From: Octopus sinensis
Taxonomy: Eukaryota
Length of the DNA: 64,000 bases
Direction of reading: 5' to 3'
Assembly (NCBI RefSeq): GCF_006345805.1
Contig: NC_043006.1
Location: 78,182,001-78,246,000 of the forward strand
The notes below the pieces were generated by a model, which was not told the origin of the DNA, searched no databases, and worked only from the letters and a program-made list of their open reading frames with translations. The position numbers and the translations under genes were made by a program. Position 1 is the stretch's first letter, and each line of letters begins with the position of its first letter. This document shows, piece by piece, positions 37,142-52,927 of this stretch.

Positions 37142-37650
37142 TTCACTACCGTCACTGCGACAATGTCTATGGTTTCTCTGCGACAGAAATGAAGAATTAT
37201 AAAAAACACACGCTGCATTTCTTCTGAATCCCAAAATAATATTTCTGCGTTTATTTTTTGTTCTTTTTATAGTTGATATCTTTTCATTCATGTGAGACCA
37301 AATATTTCGATGCAGAAATGTAATTGATTTAAAATTTAAAATTGCCTATTTTATTGAGCATACTGGAATAAAGGCTGAAAGCAACAGCACCATAACAAAG
37401 CAACGCAACCATTTCATCTTGTATTCTACAAAGTATTCCATCCACTGTTATTATTTCTTTCCTTGATGTAACGATTTCTAACACGCTCACAAGGCCGCTA
37501 CCTTGAGATATTATGGGGAGATTTCAACTCAAAACCTAAATGAATATAAATATATTTTTCACGGTAATATTTAAAATTTTTATTCGAGATCAACACTTCT
37601 TTTAATGTTTCCTGAATATATAAAATGTAGCAAAGAAAAATATAACTTAC

Positions 37651-37925
37651 TTTCATAATTTTGATCAACTCCTTTCCTATCAGAATCTCCATCATAATTC
37701 GCTTTGGACTGTGACAATGCATGTAGAGGGTTATGATTTATTATCGAACCATTATATATGTTATTCAGTGATCCCATGTACATATCGTCATTTACTATAC
37801 GCGGCAGAGCATTGGTTACAACAGGGACACCTAATACATCTTCGGACTGTGATTGACAGATAGATCCCTCCAATTTCTTTATTTGCTGTACTTTAGAAAC
37901 TTGCTTCTTTCGGTTTTCTTTTAAT
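37651..37925 (-). CDS. Juxtamembrane cytoplasmic exon (phase 2 to 1; LKENRKKQVSK...DQNYE)
   Basis: Acceptor TTTTATATTTGGAAATAG|A and donor GAAA|GTAAGT. It has 91 open codons, and the basic residues continue the TM exon in frame (positive-inside rule). Confidence 0.8.
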
Positions 37926-38249
37926 CTATTTCCAAATATAAAACAAACGATTTAGAAGACACTAGACAGTATAGATGATGTTCCAATAAAATAATATACC
38001 TTCTTTAGTGTATTACTTTAATCATGTTTCAAATGCTATATACAATTGTCAGGCTATAATTTTTCTAGTTATATCTAACAAAACCACTCATTAAAAAAAA
38101 AAGAAACTCTGAATGCAATCAAAAACCAGCTGTATTTATATTTTATCAAATTATTATTTTTCTGACAAACATTGAGAGATTGTTTTAATACTTACATGTA
38201 CATCACCATTCGATTGGCTATATCATTGATTGTCAACAAATGGCATAGA

Positions 38250-39010
38250 AATGGCTAAACAGTTCATAGGCTGTCTATAAATGAGCTGTGAAATCTTGCA
38301 TGCATTAATGTCAACCCTCCTTATTAATAACTTCATTGTTTCTCCTGGCAAACTCCCATCTGACTCTTCAAAGAAGACTTCAAAAGTAAAGAGCAGTGAT
38401 TTCATTTGAAAGTCAACATAATTTGGCATCGTGGTGTTACCAAGTATCAGCAGATAAAACGTTTTAAGCCCCAACGACATTCATACTGGCATGGTTGCTA
38501 CATAAGTGGGTGACACTCTAAATGTACCAATTGTGCAAAAATAGCAGCTAAATTTAGAAGTGGGAGGGAGAGTTTTAAAGATGACTCAAAGTCTGGACGT
38601 CCTGCAACTGCCACCACTAAGGAAACTATTGACCATGTTCACCACATGGTGATGGATGGCAGGCAATTGACTATAAATCAAATAGCCAATGTTATTAGCA
38701 TATCCCGTGAGAGGGTTGAGAATATTTCTGCATAATGAACTTGGCATGGGGAAGGTTTCTGCTTGGTGGGTGCTACGTCTTCAAACACCTGATCTAAAAC
38801 GCACCGGGCTGATGACATTGTTTCAGGCAGATTCAGCTTATTTTCTTGAACATTTACTAATCTGAGTTTTGGATTCACCACTTGTAACTAAAGACAAAGT
38901 GACGTTTTGACTAATAGGATTTACGCTTCTTCACCAATGGGATCCAAGCACTGTAAAATCGATGAAAGAATGTATGGACCGCAAGAGGATCTATATTGAA
39001 GGGCAAAACA
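38250..39010 (+). mobile_element. Mariner transposase relic
   Basis: Frameshifted pieces IWHRGV.KY, FRSGRESFKDDSKSGRPATATTKETIDHVHHMVMD and NELGMGKVSAWWV match the mariner HTH region and WVPR motif. Confidence 0.85.
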
Positions 39011-39538
39011 CATTTAGTCAGATTCTATGACAGTGTCTTGTTCAGCCTATGAACTCTTCAGCCTACCCACGTTCTGATACAGTTACGAACAAGCAACGAT
39101 TATTAGGAACCAAATTTTAATAATGCTGTAACCGCTAGGCTACTGACGAAACATAAACTGGAACACGGCAGAGGAGGCAGAGCGTTTATATCCTGTTTGA
39201 AGAACTCCAGCGTAGTTATAAATCACTTCTATATCTATATTAAATAGAATGTATTTACTAAATTCGTACATTACGCAAACAAATGAAGCAGTGTACCATA
39301 TTAACTAATTAACATATGTCATTAAATTGCCAGTTATACAACAGAGTTAACAGACTCTTTATATCAAAGGCAGAAAGTGTAAGATTATCAAAAACATTTT
39401 AGAAAAATTATTTGTGTAACTGATTGATGGTTTATTCATTATGCTTACTTTCTTTTCATATACAATGCCTAGGTTAAATCAGCACGTTAATGGACATCAT
39501 TTTGTGAATCCTGAGTAAAACTATATATATATATATAT

Positions 39539-39706
39539 AAATATTATTAGAGACAAAACCACTATTTTGCAAAACAAACAAGGAAAGACTTAATCAATAC
39601 ATAAAATTTTAATAAATAGTCAAAACTATTTATTAAAATTTTATGTATTGATTAAGTCTTTCCTTGTTTGTTTTGCAAAATAGTGGTTTTGTCTCTAATA
39701 ATATTT
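39539..39706. repeat. Perfect 81-bp-arm palindrome with a 6-nt spacer, flanked by (TA)n
   Basis: 39539-39619 is the exact reverse complement of 39626-39706. Confidence 0.92.
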
Positions 39707-39785
39707 TATAATATTTTACTATAAAATTGGATTTAATCCTAAATCTGATTTTTTCCCTGTAAATTTGGATTTATTCCCTAATATT

Positions 39786-39832
<47 letters not shown>

Positions 39833-40215
39833 ATGATATCAGAGGGTAAAAAGCCCAACATAACCACCACTCTCACTCGAAATATGTAACGAACCAACAG
39901 AAATCGGGCAAACGAGTGGAATTTAACATATTATCTCAGCATAAAAACCGTAGAATATATACCTGGATCTTGATTTCGAATTCTTTGCTAGAGCGTCAAT
40001 TCTCCTCAGCAGGAGAATTTGCTGTACCTAAAATGAATGCCGTTTTTATTCCGAAAGTTCCGCTGACCCCCAACAGACTGCCCCTATTGTATGCAGAGAC
40101 TTCAGTTCCCTCTCAAATTCAGTTTCGCTATGACAATTAAGAAAGTCAATCGCTGAGAGTTGTCGGATTGGATTTCCCAACGTCATGCTTTTCACGTGGA
40201 CGTCGGTTGTTCTAG

Positions 40216-40442
40216 GCGAGCTGGCAGAGTCGTTAGCACACCGGTCGAAATGCTGAGCGGTATTTCGTCTGTCGTTACGTTCTGAGTTCAAATTCCGCCG
40301 AGGTCGACTTTGCCTTTCATCCTTTCGGGGTCGATAAATTAAGTACCAATTACGCACTGGGGTCGATATAATCGACTTAATCCATGTGTCTGTCCTTGTT
40401 TGTCCTCTCTGTGTTTAGCCCCTTGTGGCTTGTAAAGAAATA
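40216..40442 (+). mobile_element. Full-length SINE (467-1053 family) with an 11-bp TSD
   Basis: GGTTGTTCTAG lies at both 40205-40215 and 40443-40453. Confidence 0.93.
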
Positions 40443-41073
40443 GGTTGTTCTAGAGTTGGCCTGAAGGACAAACTAAAAATGTGGTCTATAAAACAGTCCT
40501 ACAGTAGTTACTCATCTACTGCAATCTTCACATCTACGCCAACTGCAGCAGTTGGCAATCAGACTTCCAACAAGCATTCTATTGTTATATTTTGCTTTAT
40601 TCCTGTGATTGCTGTATCTTACCTTCAATGTAATGTTCGCTTATGAACGTGCTCTGACAATGATGGTTGTACATGCCATTATTCTATTTGTGTCTCTGCT
40701 GTAAATGTTTGTTCTTGTTTATCATACAAAATGCTTCAGGTAGGATATAGGATCCCTAATGCATACTACAATTGCGATCTCATTTTATGGACTTTCATTT
40801 ATTACTAACTGCCAAGTTTGAGATCAAAAAACTTTATTCATTTCCTGGGTTGCTTAGTACCATATAATACTGCTAACGAAACTGGTAATTTTACATTTTA
40901 TGCATTTTATGTTTAACAACTTGAAACGACTTCTAACAGGAGGCTAATTCAACTTAAACCGTCAAAAGGAGTGCCTCATTATAGTTACACCATCTAAAGT
41001 ATGGGTGCGTTTGTTAGTATACGTATATGTACGTGTGTATATATATATATATCAACGCCATAACAAATACTCC

Positions 41074-41143
<70 letters not shown>

Positions 41144-41239
41144 CATACATACATACATACATACATACATAAATAAATAGATACATACATACATAGATAC
41201 ATACATACATATTTCTTCCCCCGCTCTCTCTCTCTCTCT

Positions 41240-41275
<36 letters not shown>

Positions 41276-41359
41276 CACGAACAAAAGAACTTTCACCTAA
41301 TTAAATACACTCTCCCTTACTTAAATTATTTTGTCAGCATTTTCTTCATTTCCTTTTTT

Positions 41360-41398
<39 letters not shown>

Positions 41399-41442
41399 AC
41401 TCACACACACACGCACAAACACATATACATATGTGTGTGTAT

Positions 41443-43120
<1,678 letters not shown>

Positions 43121-43606
43121 CTTTTAATTCTACATTACTCCTCCTTGCCCCACCCCAACCAACCTCCCACACTCTCCCTTAAAATAGCAAACATTCCTTA
43201 GCTACACACAAGGCAGAAAAATGCCAGAGACAGATTGGTTCCTCTCCAAGTTTTTTGTGAATTCTTAAACATATCTCCTTCAGTGTATATATATACTACC
43301 AAACAAACATGATTTTTATTGAATACCTAATACATTTCGTTGAATATTTTCTTAAATACCTTCTTTTAAACCGTTTTTAACATTTTCTTATTATTATCAA
43401 AGAATGTATATATGTATTTTAATACTTTTGTGACAACCAGTACTTAATACAACAAAGCTTATACAAAGCTTTAAATTTTACTTTTGACAATCCTTTTCTA
43501 AGAAAAGTGAAACCCGTCAAGTGAATGAACATCTTTAAAATTGCATTTTCAAACCTTCTTTCACATATATATTTCCACTCGTGCGGTATCTAACAACTTT
43601 ACCTCG

Positions 43607-43634
<28 letters not shown>

Positions 43635-43641
<7 letters not shown>

Positions 43642-44073
43642 GGTTGTATACTGTCAATCTAACAAGAACGTGACAGTAGGGGGTACACCACCGTTATATA
43701 GCCCTAGGAGGCATCGAACGCCTCCTGACAGCTTCGACACATTTTATCCTGTGTCCTTATATACACATACGAAGGGGAGACAAACACCCCCAACTGCCGG
43801 AACTGCATCTAGGGACACCGTGTTTCAGGATCATTGTCCTTCATCGGCCTAGAGTAGAGGCCGATGAAGGACAATGATCCTGAAACACGGTGTCCCTAGA
43901 TGCAGTTCCGGCAGTTGGGGGTGTTTGTCTCCCCTTCGTATGTGTATATAAGGACACAGGATAAAATGTGTCGAAGCTGTCAGGAGGCGTTCGATGCCTC
44001 CTAGGGCTATATAACGGTGGTGTACCCCCTACTGTCACGTTCTTGTTAGATTGACAGTATACAACCATTATAT
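43635..44073. ncRNA. 216-bp-arm palindrome with a minimal type-I hammerhead fold at its centre (minus strand 43809-43852)
   Basis: Arms 43635-43850 and 43858-44073; no mismatch was found by eye. The fold reads CTAGG-CCGATGA-AGGA-CAATGA-TCCT-GAAA-CAC-G-GTG-TC-CCTAG. Confidence 0.8.
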
Positions 44074-44123
44074 CGCTCCACCACCGTACACCTCTCTACG
44101 AGAGATTTAGAAACTCAATATTT

Positions 44124-44156
<33 letters not shown>

Positions 44157-44161
<5 letters not shown>

Positions 44162-44637
44162 GAGGCTGCAATGGGCAAATAGTCGCCATTTTATATTTTC
44201 ACGCATGCGCATCGTTTGTTTTCCAATTTGCTGACTACAGAGTATAGTAATGTTAATTGTGCACCGTCTGTGGGAAACGCAACATCATGATGCGGTTTAC
44301 GCTGCCAGAAATTTGCAAACGACATGCTGTACTGCCTAGTATTCGAGCCGGAAACTCCAATACGAACACATCAGAGTAATTGAGTGTCAATCCCAAGACA
44401 GTGCAGAGGATTCGAGAAGTGTTGGATGAGTGTGATTATAAATGTACGGCAGCTCAGAAAATTCACTCTGAACGTACTTGTAAGAAAAGAGCTCCTGAAT
44501 TTGTTGGTGAGATACAGGATATGATTGACAACGATCACTCCAAGTCAATCAGGTCTGTCGCCAGGGACGTGGGAGTGTGTGATATTCTTATCAGACAGAT
44601 AGTGCATGAAGGTATTCGGTATTCTTTATACAAGTAA
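44157..44637 (+). mobile_element. 5' portion of a maT/DD37D-like Tc1/mariner element
   Basis: VNPKTVQRIREVLDE..RAPEFVGEIQDMIDNDHSKSIRSVARDVGV..VHEGIRYSLYK is an HTH region typical of this family. Confidence 0.75.
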
Positions 44638-47020
44638 GAGAGAGAGAGAGAGATGGTACATAGACAGACAGACAGGCAGAGAAAGAGAAGTGGATATATA
44701 ATTCCTCTTACTAATTTTCTTCTTATATTTCTGGAACTAAGTTTTCCTGCTGACAGAAACGAACATTTAATCTTGCCAGCATACAAATCACAAATGTTAT
44801 TCGGCATTGAAGCCAACTGGGGTATTTGTGTCTACAATTTTTAATTCCAATTCTTTTCAAATTTAGTATATAGATTAAATTTTGTATACTAATCATGATA
44901 ATGAAATTCATTTTTCCTCTAAATCCATGATTAGAAAGTTATTAGCCTTTAAAATTTGCACAATTTGGGTATCTTAGCCAATCAGAAGCTAGTATTTTAC
45001 ACATTACCGTGGCAAAAAATTATGCTTCTTTAGTAACCAAAGATGCTGCGCATGCGCACAACTAGGAGGAGATAGGAGAAAGATAGTCTACTATAAAGAT
45101 ACTCTTGTGTTTTTCTCCATCACAACATATGAATAAGAAAGGAAGGAGTGATAGATGAATAAGGAAGGAAAGGCTGATGGCAAACTGGTGGGATGGCGAA
45201 CATTCAAAGAAAAATCAAATAACGTTTCAACTCTGTGTGAGATTATATATATAGGTGTGTGCGTGTACAAGGGAAGTATGTGAATACAGGTGAACATTAA
45301 CAAGTGTATTAACTTGATTTACCATCCATATTTATACTACAATTTATACTACATTTTTGACGGCACAGGCTCAGCTAGTTTATTTTATAAAATCCTAGAG
45401 GGTATTGCAAACTTTCGTTCTTGAATTTTTTTTATCTAATAAATGTCTGTTTTAAACAATGTTTCGACTGTTACTTCTAGCATCTCCTGTTGGTTTGTTT
45501 TTTCGTAGCTTTTAAATATTTAATTTGCTCGCGAATGTTTTAATGTTGACTTCATTCCTCTATATTTTAATATTTCTGACAATGTTTTGACAAGCTGACC
45601 CCTCCCTCCCATGTCCCACTGATGATGGAAAAGGCAGCGAACGTGCTGTTTTCTGATTGGCTGAAAATTCTCATAATTATCTAAATTTGAACACCTGTAA
45701 CATTTTTGGAAATTTTTTCTGGAATAAATAATTAACAAATTCGGATTCAGGATCAAAAATTACATCTATAAGATACATTAAACACTTTTTTAAAGATGAC
45801 TGTAAACAGTAGCGAAAACCATAAAGATCCGCCGACTGTATCTTGTTTCTAGAAGCGTAACAACATTTCTATAGAAAATTTATAGCGATTTAGATGAAAC
45901 GTTTTAGCAATTTAAATAGAAAATTTATCGCAATTTAGATGAAACTATTTTTTAAATATTTATTTTAGACACACATTCAATTTTTGTTTGTAAATGTCTG
46001 GTGTAAGAAAAGAAATAGGTTAGGAAAATTTGAATCATCGAAATTTTTTAAAAAGTATGTGGTGTTATATTTCTATAAAATTTTGCTTGGTCATGTATGT
46101 GACCATGTAAGGAAAAGGTATTCTGTCAGATGAAAAGAAAATAGGACATAATACAATGTCTATTTACCTTTAAACTTTGTCTCATATATATGCATTGTGT
46201 TTGTGTAGGATACATATGTGCGTGTATGTGACAGTGTATTTATGTTGTTCCCATGTTTGGTGGTAAAAATACTAAAAGATCGGACTCAATATACAATGTA
46301 GAGCAGGTATATATCTCCTTATCAACGCTAACTTTAAACTACATAGGTGCGTGCCTTAATAGCTAATTTGCTTTACTCAGGATTGCAGAGATGGGATTTC
46401 GACGTTCAGATTGTAGTTTTGAATTCTTGAGTGTTAAATTATTGAGTAAAATACGTTTTTTTTTGTTCTACTCCACTCAAGTAAGAAACGAGCAACCAGA
46501 AAGAGTTTTACACGATTAGAACGACCTTCTTATATGATATGGACATCACTTAATATATTAATTATGTCTGGAAAATTTAGAGGGTGTTAACATTGCCACT
46601 TCAATCGTCTCATACTGCGGGGACGGTGTTATACCCTCTGTCGCTTCTACACCATGAATATTGCAATGGATCTTCGGTAGCATGAGTCTAAAGCTATATA
46701 AGTGGCTCAAAAGCCAAGACTTTAGAGCATGGCACTAATGCACACGCGCAGCACATACACACGCACATATATGCACACACGCACACATACATATATAAAT
46801 ATATCTATCTATTTATCGACACTCTTATATATATATATGTATATATATATATATGTTATATAAAGGGCATTATTACACATAGATGCCTCACACTAGGAGG
46901 GACTCTTAAAGTCAAAACTACTAAAACAAATAAACATGTCGTACCGAAACAATTCTCGAAGCAGGTTTTTCACGCTAACTACTTGATAATTCTTATGAAG
47001 ATTTTATCCTATTTTTAAAT

Positions 47021-47080
<60 letters not shown>

Positions 47081-47085
47081 TATAT

Positions 47086-47390
47086 AGAAGAGCTTCTACA
47101 GGACTAGAACTGTTTCATTCAAGAGAAATCTTCAGGAAGCTAGTTAACAAGAATTGTATTGGCATTTATACATTTAGGCAGGTTTAAAGGGGTGGTGGTG
47201 GGGGACGTTTTGGGGGTAGGCATAGCGCAAAAAAATCATACTTGGGGGAGTGGTGAAGGAGTCAGTGGTAATTAGATAGAAGAATAAATAAAAGAATAAA
47301 AAAAGGGAGAATAAAAAAATGGAGAATAAAAAAATATATAGAGGAATAGAGTTTTAGGTAAATAAGGAAAATCTCACGTATACCTATACA
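47086..47390 (-). mobile_element. PLE-type terminal fragment with canonical hammerhead core nucleotides
   Basis: The minus strand reads AGCTTC-CTGAAGA-TTTCTCTTGAAT-GAAA-C-AGTTCTA-GTC-CTGTAGAAGCT, adjacent to (TA)n. Confidence 0.5.
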
Positions 47391-48272
47391 CATATGTATA
47401 CATATATACACACACACACACACATACCATACTCACATACATACACACACACACCCCATATATATATATATAATATATATATATATATATACACACACAC
47501 ATACATATACATACATATATCTACACACACATACATATATATATATATTATATATATATATATATATCTATATATACATACACACATACATGCACATACA
47601 TATACACACACACATGTATATATGCACACACACACACGACCACACATACACATATACACAAAAAAATATATACATACCACACACATACACATACACACAT
47701 ACACACACATATATATACACATACATATGTGTACCTATTCATACCTACACATACACACATATACACATACAAATACAAACCCATTCCCTAATTTTAATTT
47801 TATTATCTTCATTTATTACTTTTGTTATCTTTGACCGCTGGTCACAAACATCTTGGCTACGACAACCAGTCCCTTTTATCTTTCTACTTGAGCACAAGCA
47901 CTCACTCACGCACGCACACTCGTTAGCACGCACACTCACTCATTCGTACACTCATACACATACACGCACGCACGCGTTATATTCATACATACATACATCT
48001 ACATACATACACGTATATACACATACGTACGCGTACCTACAGATTCATGTCTACAATCTTAGAAGACTAGTCTATACATATACACCAATAAATATATATA
48101 CACACATACATATACACCTACATACAAATACATACATACATCATAACTCTACGTACCTACATATACCTAAACACACGAGCGTACACGTATATGTACTTAT
48201 ACACATACACATACCCACGCATATATACATACATACACATACATACACGCACATATACACAAATATATATAT

Positions 48273-48342
<70 letters not shown>

Positions 48343-48344
48343 AT

Positions 48345-48418
<74 letters not shown>

Positions 48419-48419
48419 T

Positions 48420-48618
48420 ACGGAGATGTACTCGCATAGCAAGTAATTTGATCTGAGATCGTGTGCTGAAACGAAAACAATTGCAGCGTGGAAGGTGTTT
48501 ATAAGTCATTTAAGAAACACACAAAAGCCGTTCGATTCACTCCAACATTTAAGTTTAATTTGTCAAAATATTTTCGTCGCTAAAATCCGCGACCTGTTCA
48601 CTGACAAAGTCCGTGCTG
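48420..48618 (-). mobile_element. Dispersed element between (TA)n tracts with a hammerhead-like topology but a non-canonical core
   Basis: The minus strand reads TTGTCA-GTGAACAG-GTCGC..GCGAC-GAAA-ATATTT-TGACAA (48559-48608). Confidence 0.35.
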
Positions 48619-48644
48619 ATATATATATCAGAGAGAGAGAGAGA

Positions 48645-48685
<41 letters not shown>

Positions 48686-49084
48686 AGAGAAGTAGGAAGT
48701 TAGACAGATGCATGAATGCAGGTGTGTGACTGCAAAAGTTTATTTTGACGACACTTTAGTCTATATCTCAAAACTATTTCTCGTAGGCTGGCAATAAAAA
48801 CAAAATAATCTGATTGACAAACTGTTGGCGTCAGTATGTTATTCTACATTAAATGAACAGACGCCCTTCTGTGATGAATTTACAATGTCTGTCATTTTAA
48901 AACATTGTCATCGTTGCAGTTACAAATTAACACCCGTCCCGGTCTATAAACATTTATTACCAAGTTAATATTATAGTGTTTCCTGCATCTATACTCTGTT
49001 CCTCAATGCTAAAACAATGTCTAAATGGACGTGTCTGTGTATACACACAGGCACACACACACACACATTCATATATATACATAT

Positions 49085-49126
<42 letters not shown>

Positions 49127-49371
49127 CTATATATATATATATATAAAGTTAATCCAAACATGAAAACACAATAACGCGAGGACGTGGAACAAATATAGTA
49201 TTATTGGACGCTCAGGAAGGAGGGGAAGAAGGAGGGTTTAATATTTCGAGCGGAGCTCTTCGTCGGAAACATAGGAGAAGGAAAGATCCAGAGAAGGGAA
49301 GACAGTGAAAAAAAATCGCCAACGGTGCACACGCGGTCACATTTGGCACACAGACAGACAGACAGATAGAT

Positions 49372-49461
<90 letters not shown>

Positions 49462-49636
49462 CTATGTGTGTTGGTACGTATGTATAAATATATGTATATA
49501 AGTACACACATGTGTATTTATATAACACATTCTCTGTGTACGTCCGTTTGACTTATGTTGTTTTGTTTTTAATTTTTCTTTTGTTTATCTTTCATTTGCC
49601 TATATGTGTGTATGTATGTGTGTGAGTGCGATTGTG

Positions 49637-49690
<54 letters not shown>

Positions 49691-49935
49691 ATATCAGTAA
49701 ATCATAAATCCCAAAAAGAAGCACGCTCGAAGTTATAAAGCAGTAGAGTATATAGATAAAAATTGATATTGCCGGCCTATGGGGTTGCCTTGGGCTTTCA
49801 CGGCCATAAATCATTTACCTTTATAGTTTCTCTTAAAAGGCCATAGGTGATCGGGGTTAGATTCTGAAGAAACACTATAAAACCAAGCGCTTTACGGACA
49901 TGAAACCCCAGGTATCACCACAGACCAAGCCATCT

Positions 49936-50037
<102 letters not shown>

Positions 50038-50087
50038 TACATATATATATATGTGTGTGTATGTTTGTATGTGCGCGCGCACGAGGA

Positions 50088-50300
50088 GACGCGTGGATTA
50101 GTGGTTATGATGCTGCATCCTTAATCGGACCGTTGGATTATGGTTTCGCTGCATGGATCGGGCGTTGTGCTGTGTTCTTGAGCAACATACTTTATTTCAC
50201 GTGGCTCCATTACATTCAGTTGGTAAATATGAATAATTCTGCGAAGAGAATAAGGATGGCACGCAACCCGGGAAACCGATTTATGAGCCCATCGTTCGAA
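50088..50300 (+). mobile_element. Degenerate tRNA-derived SINE
   Basis: GCGTGGATTAGTGGTTA head followed by GTGCTGTGTTCTTGAGCAACATACTTTATTTCACG. Similar sequence lies at 56140-56240 and 63478-63600. Confidence 0.5.
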
Positions 50301-52039
50301 GAGGACGTATACAAAGACGTGTGTTTGTGTGTGTGTGTGTGTGGATATACAAAAGTAAGATCGAGGGACCCAAGTGTACGAAGTTTGTATGTTTCAAGCA
50401 GTCCGTAGCAGGTATGGAAAACAAGAACGTGGACGGTGAACGATCAGAAAACAATAACACTTTATCGGCAAGGAAAGTTTCCTATTTTTTCCCATATCGA
50501 TGTTGTGAGGAAATTTTTTGAGCTCATAGATTCTGTATAGCTCACGGTAAGCAACTGGAGTTACTAGAAATGAGAATAAAATTCCAGCTTGAGGGAGTGG
50601 TACAGGTAAAATATAGGCTACATATGCTTCTGAGCTAGGTGATCTTCTGATGTAATAGTTACTAAACAACGGATGCTCAACTTAAATAACTCATCAGGCC
50701 GAGATTACCTTAATTGAATTTTCAAGGTAACTAATGAATAGCGAAGCCAAAAGTAAAGAATATAAAAAAAAAACAATTCGCATCTATAAAACAGTCAAAG
50801 AGTATGTAAAGAGAGTGGACGTGGTCAAGTATGTGCAAATGGGTGTCGTATAGATTTCATGGAATGAAGAAAAAGAGAGTGAGGAAAGAAATTGGAAGGC
50901 AAATGGAGCGGATAGTTACTGTCGTTAAGGGGTAAAATATAGTAGTCTTAAATATCTAATTGAGATGGGTGGAGGTTGTGGAGAATAGGTCTATATCACA
51001 GTACATACACATGCATGCGTGTGTGTACATGGGTATATTCATATGCCTATGGATGCGTGCAAGCGCCTTTGGACGTTCACGCATCTGTGTGTATACTTAT
51101 ATGCAAAGGAGTGTTTACATGCTATAGATGTATGCTCGGTCATGGCCTATAAAGGAGTGTTTGCGTGTGTGCCTGCATGTGTGTGTGTGTGTGTGTGTGT
51201 CTGCACACGCATCCATTTTCGTATGCCATTTCTGTATTTCTTATTCATCAATTGTTTGTCCATCTCATTCCCAGCATGTTTTCTTGTTGGATGCCTCCAA
51301 AATGGAAGCAATATTATCGATAATGGCACGAAATTGCGTTTGACGTTCTGGTCGATAACTGATGAGGAGTTAGTGAACTTCTGCGTTTAGTTTCTGTTCG
51401 TCTGTGCATTTAGTACATGTTTTTCAACTTGACCTTCTGTATCGTTTTTCCGTTCGTTAATTTATTACTATACGTGTTTGACTTCTGAAAATTAATTAAT
51501 ACTACGAGTGTGAAGCGTGTGCGTGTTTGTGCGTGGCTGTGTATATGTACTCTGGTGTAGACCAATGGTTAGATGTACCGGCGCCGCCGATGCTCCACTA
51601 TCCTCACACATCTCACGTAAATATTTATGACTACTACATTTTCCCCCTTGAAGACAGCGAATATCCGCTTTCCTCTCCCTCCGCTTTCTTTCCTTTCTCA
51701 TGCCTTTTTTTCACTTCTGTCAACTCTATACGATTCCTACTCACACGTATTTGACCTCATCCTTTCCATTTCCATACTTCTTGACCGTTTTATCATTTAG
51801 GATTTTTTTTAATCATGTACTTCTGACTTCGCTATTCATCTCAGTTCACAACTGCGATGAGTTAACTTGGAAATTTCAAGCGACAATATAACCATCGATC
51901 TAAATAATGTAATTTCGAACAGATGATAAGCTACGTTGAACATCCATCATTGAGTAACTATTATATCAGAGAATTAGTTCGCGAAGAATCCTATGTAGCC
52001 TGCATTTTCCCTGTTCCATTCCCTCAAGTTGTGTGCATG

Positions 52040-52082
<43 letters not shown>

Positions 52083-52083
<1 letters not shown>

Positions 52084-52927
52084 TAGCATTAAAGACCCGT
52101 CGTTGCCGGATCATAGTGCTAGTGCATGTATATATGTGTACATATACATGTACATCTAATATATACATCTACACATAAAATGCAAAATACAAGTTATATC
52201 TTGATATCGCTAGTGATAACAATACTCAAAATATATAACAGACTGGAATTGTTAGCTCTTCTTTTTTCTCTACATTGTATACTTTATAGACAATAGTCTT
52301 TTCTTTAATTTAATTTTTTATTATCCATCTGGACTATTCCATTTCTTCACACTAATTTTATTTTTAATTTATTCCCATTCATGTGAAACCACTTATTCAA
52401 ATTCAAATAATTAATGCAATTTTATACAAATTGCTATTTTTACTTTTTTTTATGTTACGATTATATTATACTTTAGTTTGATTTTAATTATTACTTACTA
52501 CATATAATTCAATTGTTATTATTATTTTCCTTGTTAAAGTGAAAGCATCTGACATAAAATAGTGAAATATTTTTGTTTCACTATTAACACGTAATACTGA
52601 AATAGTGGAGAAGATATGATATTGCTATGGGCTCGCTCTAGGCAAGAAGTTGAACATTTTTTGCCCATGAAACTACATGGACCCTAAGTAAGGCATGTGT
52701 AAAATTTGAATTAAATTGGTTGTGTAGTTCTCAAGTTTTAGGGAATTGTAGTGGAGAAGATATGATATTGCTGTGGGCTTACCCTAGGCAAAAAGTAAAA
52801 AACTTTTTTGCCGATGACACTCCCCGGACCCTAAGTAAAGCATGAGTAAAATTTGAATGAAATTGGTTGTATAGTTCTAAAGTTTTAGGGAAACACACAG
52901 ACAGACAGACAGACAGACAGACACACA
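52083..52927 (-). mobile_element. Non-autonomous Helitron-like element with an internal tandem duplication of about 145 bp
   Basis: The minus-strand 3' end reads CCGGCAACGACGGG..CTAG and the 5' region carries (CTGT)n. Duplicated blocks lie at about 52603-52745 and 52749-52890. Confidence 0.65.

Noticed and set aside
43541-44068. Identical peptide ORFs on both strands
   Set aside because: A consequence of the perfect palindrome, not two genes.
47590-48399. Longest ORF in the track (269 aa, His/Thr/Tyr/Ile-rich)
   Set aside because: Degenerate (CA)n/(TA)n low-complexity DNA.
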